Below are positions 53,921 through 64,000 of a stretch of 64,000 bases of DNA, in pieces. The DNA comes from Eledone cirrhosa (Eukaryota). Both the position numbers and the translations under genes were made by a program. The notes under the pieces are model-generated. The model was given only the letters and a program-made list of their open reading frames with translations. It ran no database searches and had not been told where the DNA came from. The stretch's first letter is position 1. The number at the start of each line of letters is the position of its first letter. The stretch is from positions 21,142,001 to 21,206,000 of the forward strand of contig OZ024750.1 of NCBI GenBank assembly GCA_964016885.1, written 5' to 3'.

Positions 53921-55243
53921 GAAGTGTGATCAGACCAACTGAGGGCTAAACAACAAGGAGTCACAGAAGGCGTATCATCTTTAGCATGACTTGCTCTAAA
54001 CAGTGGTTAACAGCACCAAACATATAACCATCACAGTAAGAGAATATGTATTCAGTCTATTCTTGGAAACTATACTTTGAATATATTACTCTACTTCAGA
54101 ATCACCTAATATGCATTACATGGTGTTGTGGATAGAATTGACGTCTTATAGAATATGACAAGAGTCTAACAAGAAATACATCTATTAAAAACTGGTGTAC
54201 ATGTTACATATTTTCCTCCTCTTGCAACCTAAACCGGTAAAAATAATAAATTACATAATGTAATCCAGTGATATACAATGAAGCAGCAACCGAATTTTGC
54301 GTTGATCATGGTTTTAACGATTTCAGCATAGCCCTGATTAGTGGTACTAACCGGTGGATAACAAGATCACCAAATATTTTCGGTATACTGCCGTTTAAGA
54401 CAAAATAATACTGTGGATATAAGCTTGTTTTATAATATACAATCTACGGAATTATTCTATATTAATTAATGTGAAGGTATGTGTACGGATTTTCTTAATG
54501 AACCGTTTGTGCAACGTTATACACTATGTTTATTCACGTATATTCTGCAGTTATAATCTCCACTTATATTAGATTGAACTACATATCTACATATTATAAT
54601 ATTTAAATCAGAGGATGTATCATATGTAGTATTTCTTTTATATTTGGGATCTGTGTATATTGAAATTAATATCAGTATCCAACGTCGTTTAATGACCCTC
54701 GGGGATAATAAAGAGCAAATTGAAGGAAGACCTCTTTACGTTTTGGAACCTCAGAACATAGAGAGATGAAACTAAATATCATAATGTATTTATCCAAGCG
54801 TTAAACTTGCTCTCCTAGCATTTTCCATTAGACTTGCTGTCCGAATGCATTACAACTAATAATTTACATGACAAGCAGATTGTACTAGGTCTGGATTATC
54901 TAGCATTACGGCGAAAACCACAGATAAACATATACACATCCCCTTGTGATCCAGCGTAAATCTAATGAATATATATATATATATCTGAGATATATTATTC
55001 AATCGACTATATGAGTCGATGCTAGCCATGAAAATATATCTCCTGGGATCATTTTCTGTGACTTTAGCCAAAAGTCCATGTTACTTCTTAGCCAACAATT
55101 GTATAATTAAAACTTAGAAATAACCTACGCAACTAATAGATTTTAAATTTTTTCTTCGCTGTCCTTCATCAACCTCTTATGCTTTCCCACTGCTGATCAT
55201 ACTGGAATTATTTGTAAACTGCTAATCAATGACAAGAATTACG

Positions 55244-55375
55244 TTGGCCGTATCGGTAGACGGTCGGATGTCATGCTTTACGGTCTGAGTTCAAATCCCG
55301 CCGAGCTTAACATTGTCTTTGGTCCTTATGGAGTCAATAAAATAAAGTACCACTAATGCACTGCGGTCGATTTAA
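55244..55375 (+). mobile_element. SINE family A variant
   Basis: ttggccgtatcggtagacggtcgga...gagttcaaatcccgccgag...ataaaataaagtacc. Confidence 0.75.
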
Positions 55376-56332
55376 TCGAACGCTGAAGCTAATGCTTGCG
55401 AAACGTAGAATATTCAGTTTGAATGCCTATTAGCAACCTCAGCAGCCTCTGCAATGTCATGGTTAAAATAAATGAATTCTATTCTTTTATGATGTAATTT
55501 ATTTTATACTATCAACACTCTCTAATAGTTTCAGCAATCGTCTCACTCTCAATACATCCAATTTAGTTTCATACAATATCTTAACACCTCGATTTATAAG
55601 ATATTTCGCATCGGATGTCAGATTTACGTGATATGAGATCTAATAATGTCGCAGAAACGTGTAAATGTAACAAAGATATAAGAATAGATATAATCACACA
55701 TACACGCACACGCACAAAGAAAAATATACAAATAACACAAGGATATGTAAATATCTAAAGATGTAGATGATAATTCCTTAAACAGTGCCAATCAATTATT
55801 GCCTGATATTATAACAGATTCACGATTTTGATTAGATTCCACTATCTTATAAACTACACGGTAATCTATGCTTCTTATTTTACAAGTTGTAAGTTCATTT
55901 ACATATTTGCAATAGTTTGACAACTCTTTAAAACATCCTCTTTACACCAGACACAGCTTGACATCTAAAATTGTCTCAGTATACTGGAATATATTTATGT
56001 TTCAAATATATAAACTTACTTTAGAAAGGACAAATAGTGAATGGCACAAGCTATTCCGATATGTATGCCGTTTTGCAGATGCCTTGGAGTAAATGTCAAT
56101 ATTAGTTCCACAGCGGGATAGTAGCATTCTTTTGAAATATCCTTGGTTCCAGTCAATGGATTGCAAACATGCTGGGGCATCGCCTTCAGGAAATCGCTTT
56201 CCTTTCATCGATCATATCGATCATACTACTTCTGTTTGAGTTCCATACTTACATTATATCTCTATATGTATTGAATGCTTATGTTATCTATTGATATAAA
56301 AAGACGCGACTCGATGAAATATCTGACACCAA

Positions 56333-56400
56333 TACACACACCACACACACACACACATACACACATACACACCTACGCACAGACATACACACACACACAA

Positions 56401-56479
<79 letters not shown>

Positions 56480-56488
56480 TATACACAC
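56333..56488. repeat. (CA)n microsatellite
   Basis: Direct reading. Confidence 0.95.
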
Positions 56489-58014
56489 AGACAAACGCGT
56501 ATGCGTATGTTTAATGTCTGTCAACTAGTGTTCGACAATATTCATCACATAATAAATAGAATCTTGTTTCCAACAGTTACACTTTAATCTTGCTAGACTC
56601 CCATGTACCTTATACACATCTTCCAGATGTGCACAGCAGTGTACAGAGGTGCATTCTGATGGTGTAAAGACAGTAATGCATTTCCAGATCTTCCTATTTG
56701 TAATGCCTACTTCACAATCTGGCCTTCTGAATTCGTTTGTGACAACCCAGAGTAGTTTATCAGATCAGAAGCGTGTTCAATTTTCTTTAAATTCGCTTCA
56801 ATTTCTTTATGGAATTGTCTTTCTTACTACGACGCCGAACTTCTAATGAATTATTACGCCACCAATTTTTTACTTTCCAAATATTTCTTCCTTTCTCTAT
56901 TAAAAGCACTAAACAGACAAATAATGAAGAACCCAAAATATTTTATACTGTTGATATAATATTGGTTATCAATAGTGACTGTTTACTTCAGCGAAACTTT
57001 GATATAATCAGTCCCTATTGATAAGAATTATATTTTTAATTATAGCAATTTTAGGCTACCATATTTCTATTTTAAATTCCGAAATTATTTTGGATTTTTA
57101 AATATTTGCCTGTGAATCTATGCAGAGAAGAGAATAACAAATACATTTATCTGAAGCTATGAACACCCTGTTTTCGTAATTGAATACTAATTAAATCACA
57201 ATTATATTTATCGATATTCTTCAATCAAAGTTAATTAGATTATAGTAGTTTTTATCTTTTGATATAGGGTATATAAGATATTCCCCGTAGAATATATACT
57301 TCTTTGTATGACCAATCGTTCTATAATACAAGGTTCAATACATGATCATGAATTGAATTTGTTTATTTAACTATAGGACAGGGATCGAACTAAAACAACA
57401 AAGAATATGTAACCCTAAAAATGCGTCCAATGTATTCATAGGGATATTCTACTGGACATCTTCCAATTCATGTTAAAATAAAAATTACTCCAACTAAATA
57501 CAAAAGAAAAAGTCATAAAAAATGATATCTTAAACCTGTACACTCACTAATATTGAAAAGAGGACAAAAAGGTAAAATTAAAATTGATATCATGAATCTA
57601 ATCACACCACTTTGCTTCAGTCAAGATTTTATAAACAACGTTAACCAGCCTCAATCAACCCCCAAGCTACCATTTCCTTCAGAGTACCGTCAATCTTCGA
57701 ATCCGTTTTCTACGCCTCCAACTTAGTTCTTTCCATATTCTCACTGACCACCCCATATACTCTTAGTTTTGCTGATCCTGTCCATACAGTTATGTTGCCA
57801 TATATTCATTTTTTTCTTCTATGTATGAATAAAAGAACAATTATATTTTTGCATAACGCATGAATATAGTGAAACTATTCTCCAGCAACTGACATATTGT
57901 TCTGAAAAATATAAATCCACTGATATTACAAATATATGAAATAGTAGAATCTCTAATCCAATGGTTAACAAATATACAAATCAGCTTACCTTTCAGTGTA
58001 TTATTTTCAAAATT

Positions 58015-58045
<31 letters not shown>

Positions 58046-58163
58046 CTTATATATACATATACATTCGGATCTTGCTGTCGAAACGGCCACTCGTTTCCTG
58101 CATATATATATATGCCCCAGCATGGCCTCAGCCGGATGGCTGGAACAGGTAAAAGAGTGAAGG

Positions 58164-58217
<54 letters not shown>

Positions 58218-58218
<1 letters not shown>

Positions 58219-58453
58219 TAAGTATATTTTGAAACAGTGAGCGAGTTTGAAATTAGAAAATATATAGCTTTCACCGTATTTTTAACTAAAGGAATGTTTG
58301 CTTGATAACAGGGTTTAGAACCCTCAGATAAATGGAAAAAGATGAGTATTGACGTACATGTACGTCAATACTCATCTTTTTCCATTTATCTGAGGGTTCT
58401 AAACCCCGTTATCAAGCTAAAATTCCTTTAGTTAAAAATACGGTGAAAGCTAT

Positions 58454-58465
<12 letters not shown>
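58218..58465 (-). mobile_element. FB-T fold-back element in (TA)n
   Basis: Palindrome 58252-58465 centred on gtacatgtac, plus a 34-nt tail; homologous to 59988-60523. Confidence 0.88.
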
Positions 58466-58490
<25 letters not shown>

Positions 58491-58795
58491 ATCAGCTTAT
58501 TTTGCCGCAATATCGAGTCAGTGAATGTCATTGAATGTACATTACAGAAATACTAGTGATTTTGTTTTCACATACGGTTACTGAATTAGCCGTTACATAA
58601 TAACAACTTAACGTAGGCACAGCGAGACGTATGTATTTTTATTATGTATAAACATATTGTATATGCTTTTGTACAAGAGCTTAGAGGGAATTTGCAGCAG
58701 AAGAAAAAATCTATAGATAGGGAGATATTATAAGATAAATAAATACACATATTCCTACGATCCAGGTAAATCTTCAGAATCATTGGAATATAAAA

Positions 58796-58844
<49 letters not shown>

Positions 58845-59987
58845 CGTGTGTCTTTGAGACTGTGAATATGAAATAAAATATATATCACTGGATTTTTACA
58901 AATTTAATAAAACATTCTGAGCCCCATATTATATAGGTAGAGGTAGGAAACGAAACGACATTACAAGCTAGAGTAGTATTAAAGATGTATAGTATGAAGC
59001 AGCTCTGCTTGAACCATTGCTTAAAGTACTATCTAAGGCATCGGATACTACATATTTCTGATTCAGAGTAAACTCATTCGGAAGTGCTTCGAAAATATTT
59101 CCATTATCGGAATATTCAAATTAACTATTTATCATGGTTTCTGGTAAATAATCTGATATAGCGATTTAAAAATAAACAAAAATGTAAACGTATGTTTAGA
59201 TAAATATTTTCTCTATAATATTATACCGCTTATGATTTCTATAACGATGTTTTACAATATGAAATTTCATGACAATACCATTTCTGTATAAGATGTTAAC
59301 TCAGAGAATCAGCAAGGGGTCGACAATATATTTATTAGTGTGCTTGCCGTATTCAGGAAATTCAGTTATCGAGTACGGCATCTAAATAAAACAGTTTCTG
59401 CAAAGCCCTTACTTTCTGCAGCTGTAATGTATTTGCCGACGTTATCCTGATGCTGTAAACATGTAATAGAGTATTTTTAATCCATGGTCTACCTGCCTTT
59501 ATTTCATATTAGTGTAAAGCTTCTTCAATACAGTCTTTGCTTTCTGTAAAAGTGTAGGATTTCACGTTTTAAGACATACTTATACGTTGTCTCAGAAATG
59601 TATTTTCTTTCCTGCTTTATTTTAAATGGAAACTTCGATAATTCCCTGAGTTTTGAAGAATATCCAGTCTTCGTTTCTATAGTTCAATTCAAGATCATCT
59701 TCGATATTTTCAGAAATCCAATATCACCAGACAAGAGTTTCGGAGTTTCTTGTGACTGTTCTATTTTTTAACAGTTAGAATGTATTTGTATTACAAATAA
59801 TGATTTCTGTGACAAGAAATCAACAAATTGTTAAGATATCACATTACTGCATAAGGGCTTATGAAGAAGAAGCTGTCAGAGTGCTCACCTTTGGCTGCTT
59901 AAAATAAACGATAGAATAATCACCGCCTTAAAATTCATCATATGATGCGAGATAAAACCCCGGTCATATATATATATATATATATAT

Positions 59988-60523
59988 ATTATTAGAAATG
60001 TAAGCTATCGCCGTATTTTGACTAAAGAAATTAAAGAAATTTTTTAGCCTGATAGTGGAGTTAAGAACCCTCGGAGAAATGGAAAAACATGAGTATTGGC
60101 GTACATGTTTGGTTATCCGGACCACTGTGCTACTATTTACACCAACACATCACCCGTCTTTTTCCATTCAAATTAGAAGCTATAAACTTGTCGACTGTAA
60201 TGTCAAGTAAGGATATTTTCGAAACAGCGAGTTGGTTTGAAAATATCCTTACTTGACATTACAGTCGCTAAGTTTATAGCTGCTAATTTGAATGGAAAAA
60301 GACGGGTGATGTGTTGGTGTAAAAGGTAGCACAGTGGTCCGGATAACCAAAGATATGGGTTCGACTCCCATGTACGTCAATACTCATCTTTTTCCATTTC
60401 TCCGAGGGTTCTTAACTCCACTATCAGGCTAAATAATTTCTTTAATTTCTTTAGTCAAAATACGGCGATAGCTTACATTTCTAATAATTTCAAACCAACT
60501 CGCTGTTTCGAAAATATCCTTAC
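59988..60523 (+). mobile_element. FB-T fold-back element, longer copy containing a tRNA-like domain
   Basis: Arms about 59988-60222 and 60238-60487; the terminal sequence ...gaaaatatccttac recurs at the centre; TA tracts on both sides. Confidence 0.88.
60308..60379 (+). tRNA. 72-nt tRNA-like cloverleaf (pseudo-tRNA / Pol III promoter), possibly tRNA-Arg-derived
   Basis: Acceptor gatgtgt/gtacgtc+a, D arm gtgt/gcac, tggt/acca arm, T arm atggg-TTCGACT-cccat; TTTTT at 60389-60393; anticodon loop non-canonical. Confidence 0.65.
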
Positions 60524-60596
60524 ATATATATATATATATAGAGAGAGAGAGACACATGTGTGCGTGTGTGCATGTCAGTATGTGTAAATATATATG

Positions 60597-60627
<31 letters not shown>

Positions 60628-61523
60628 GTATGTATGGCGTAGGTAAGTTTCCTGGGCAAAAATGTAATCGTATGAAGTGTAGGATCTTTTGAATGTGGCA
60701 GTTGTTTAGTTGTTTAATGTCAAATACATCACATACATACACACAGACAAACACATATATGATTACATTTACGCTTAATAATAAGTTTCCAAGAATGGAT
60801 ACTCAATAACATGCTAGTGATTGATTTATTAAGTTCGAGTTAATGTCCTGTAATTCTGGAGTCTCAATTATCAATACGGATACATCATACAGTCAAAACC
60901 TTATAAACCTATGAACATAGCCAAACATCCAAAGTAACAAGACACAGTTGTGAAGTTTATAAAACTATACATAGAGATCGTTTTATCTCTTTCTGTCTGC
61001 GTATATATAAACAATAAATAGAAATAGAAGATATAGATTTATAACTATATATTTCTATGATATAATTTGGGGTTATCCTTTTAATGTAACGAATATTTTA
61101 CTACTTTTATTAATATATATATATTGTTTGTGCAATGAAGAAACAGATATCGACATAATATTTTTCAATCTATGTATGCAGGGTTTGCAAAAAGATAATG
61201 ACATTCGGAATGAACGTGAGACATCATGACACACTTTGTCTGTGTTTAGGAAATTAAACAAAGGAATAACGAAGTAAAATAACGGATGGCTAATATCAAA
61301 CTGTCAATATTTGTATATTCTCACGCCTGGCTTGTAATTTGATAAGAACACAAACAAACAAATTATATATTGATGTGTTGATATGAATATATTGATAACG
61401 ATATAGGCAATGATATAAACATTAGAATTGGGACAATGATTGTAATGTATTGCAAGACAGAAATACATTGTAATAATAACCAAATGATTGTAGTAAGATA
61501 ATCTATAATGTTAATAATAATAA

Positions 61524-61713
61524 TAATTGCTTCTACTTTTGGTACAAGGCCAGCAATTACTCCAGTACATTACTGGTACTTTATTTTATCGACCCCGTAA
61601 GGATGAAAGGCAAAGTTAACCTCGACGGGGTTTGAACTCAGACCATAAAGGGACGTAACTATGCTACAAAGCATGGTGTCCAACCCTCTACTGATACTGC
61701 CAATCCATCGTCC
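61524..61713 (-). mobile_element. SINE family A
   Basis: Reverse complement of the family A sequence. Confidence 0.88.
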
Positions 61714-62701
61714 TTATAATATTAATAATAATGATTATGATAATATTATACCAGGATTTTAAGTGGAAGTTAGAAAAGATTTGAGACTGTCATTAGATCA
61801 AGTTCTTCCCGATCGTCATAGGAGCACGAGGTACTATCTGAAAGAATTTTCAAGGATGGTTAAAGAATATTAGTCCAGACCCGTTTTTTGTAACATTTCA
61901 AAAGCATGCTTGCGGGGAACATCAAGAACCCTCCGATACGTCCTGAATATCTCAGGCTTCAGGTAGCGGCTTGATATTCATTTGAAAAAACTTTCCAGTT
62001 AAATAACATAAATAACTGAGACTCAAAGAATAATAATAATCATTTTAATAGTAGCAATCATTGTAATAATAGTAATAATCGTATCAAGATGTTCTTGCAT
62101 TGGCAAAGGTCCTATAAATCCTAATGGTAATGACGAATATTTAGGCATAATTTCACCACTAGTTCAAAAATGGGAACGAAAAAATCAATCATTCAGCCAA
62201 AGGAATATCATCGCATAATATCCTCCGGCTGCTATTTTAAACTTCCTTAACACCTTTGATACCAACTCAGTTAAAGTTTGCCCTGATTCTGTGGGATAAA
62301 GTCCAAACGTTAATCTTCTCCTATTTAAATTAGATTACCATGACATAATTCCATATAATACTATATGTTAAATGACAAACTTAGTGATGAAGTAATTATA
62401 ATTGTGGTACATCACTTAAACTTCTTCCTTAATTGAAATAATGTGTCGTTTCGTTTACATATATATATATATATATATATATGGAATCTGGTCCCTTACT
62501 ATTTGAACACATATCTGTGTTTATCTCTCTTTATTATACTGAATTATATTACACGGCCCTGAAGAATTTTTTTCATTGAGCTGTTTAATTGTAAGAGACT
62601 ATTTTGAGTTTCTAACACAATATATACTTTATATATATACTTTATATATATATATATATATATGTATATGTATCCCCTGACAATATGCATATATATCCCC
62701 T

Positions 62702-62748
<47 letters not shown>

Positions 62749-62750
<2 letters not shown>

Positions 62751-62835
62751 CGAAGGAAATGTGGTAAGGAACCAGGTGGACCATAACGCACCAAAGTACT
62801 CAATACTTAGGGTAGTAGAGTAGGTCCTACTCGTT

Positions 62836-62840
<5 letters not shown>
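62749..62840 (-). mobile_element. FB-A element, minimal version (tail plus an 18-nt inverted arm)
   Basis: aacgaaggaaatgtgg...gggtagtagagta joined to ggtcctactcgttcctat; both family-fixed ends are retained. Confidence 0.9.
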
Positions 62841-62874
<34 letters not shown>

Positions 62875-62880
62875 TTATTT

Positions 62881-62936
62881 ATTAAAATAACCGAGTCGTC
62901 TTTGGATTTTAGTCTTCAAATTTATTATTATTACTA
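62881..62936 (+). mobile_element. FB-B element, minimal version
   Basis: attaaaataac joined to cgag..ctttggattttagtcttcaaatttattattattacta. Confidence 0.75.
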
Positions 62937-63032
<96 letters not shown>

Positions 63033-63786
63033 ATATATATATATATATATATGCGCGTGTGTTTGTGTGTGTGCGACAAGTAAACGGAAAACAACACACT
63101 ACAATGAAGATAAGATATATATTAGTTTAACGGTTGATATAGGAGTAAAAATAACTCAACATTCTGGACGGTAGTCTTACAACAGAAGGTGGAATGAAAT
63201 ATAAAAGACGAAATTGAAAGATGGAGGACAGTGAGAAGAAGGAAAACCTGAGAAATTTCTTTGAAGAAAAAGCATATATATACATATACATTATACGTGT
63301 TTCTTTTGTGTGTTTGTGTGTGTATGTGTGTATGTGCGTGCGTGTGTGTATGTGTGTGTGTGTGTGCGCGCGTGTGTGTATGTGTGTGTGTGTGTATGTG
63401 TGTGTGTGTGCGTGTGCTCGCACACAAACCATAGAGGATAACAATTTTGTTGTTTCCTTTCGTCACTTTTCTGTTTCACATTGCATTGCTGGAAAAGAAT
63501 AATTCTGGCAGTTTTTGATATTTTTGGTTTGTTGTGTTATTCTTGCGCATACAAAAAAAACTACTTATTTTCGTTCTCTACATCTGATATTCATTTTGCG
63601 TTTAACTTCAAACAAACACTGAAATAATTTAATGACACGAAAATAAAATATCAAAACTAGATGCAGATCAAACGGAATAGCTCACTGTACCAAATTACTG
63701 AACGAAAATATTAATGCCTTTAATTAGGTTATGAAAACGTGTGACCAGATCTGATGCAAATATCATTTGTATGTATTATTTATGAA

Positions 63787-63925
63787 AGGCGGCGAATTAG
63801 AAGAGTCTTTAGAACGTCGGATAGATTTCTTTTTGCGGTGTATTATCCGATTCTGTACGCTATGAGTTCAAATCACACCGGGACCACCTGTAACTTTCAT
63901 AATTTCTGGGTCGATACATTACTAG
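63787..63925 (+). mobile_element. Old SINE family A relative
   Basis: ggcggcgaattag...gagttcaaatcacaccggg...ctttcataatttctgggtcgata. Confidence 0.55.
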
Positions 63926-64000
63926 TTCAAACATAGCTCCATTCCCCCTCCTTACTGTCTTTACAAGTTCCCTCTTTCTATTTGTCTGGATGATATCGAC

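Noticed and set aside
56002-56208. Minus-strand ORF ending near a GTAAGT donor
   Set aside because: It overlaps a decayed SINE tail (ggcgatgccccagcatg) and has no good acceptor.
60398-60480. Twister or HDV-like ribozyme downstream of the tRNA-like domain
   Set aside because: gaggg and taactcc motifs are present but the required pairing partners were not found.

Overview
AT-rich, non-coding eukaryotic DNA with dense (TA)n/(CA)n microsatellites, tRNA-derived SINEs and RTE-clade LINE fragments. The repeat content resembles an octopus/cephalopod genome (inference). No long host CDS is present: nearly all listed ORFs are translated microsatellites, and I can support only two candidate micro-exons. 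The main signal is a set of at least 8 sequence-distinct families of 100-550 bp elements sitting inside (TA)n tracts. Most share one layout: (TA)n, an inverted arm starting at a family-fixed internal AT-rich site, a variable fold-back point, a sense arm, an unpaired 35-90 nt tail, then (TA)n. Most carry whole or partial minimal type-I hammerhead ribozyme motifs (CUGANGA or UUGAAAA...GAAA...NUH), and one family carries a 72-nt tRNA-like cloverleaf instead. They look like non-autonomous Penelope-like/retrozyme elements inserted by priming from both ends of a break in (TA)n, and include head-to-head chimeras of two different families. Family labels FB-A to FB-T are my own. All alignments, identity estimates and folds were done by eye, and coordinates are approximate to a few bp.
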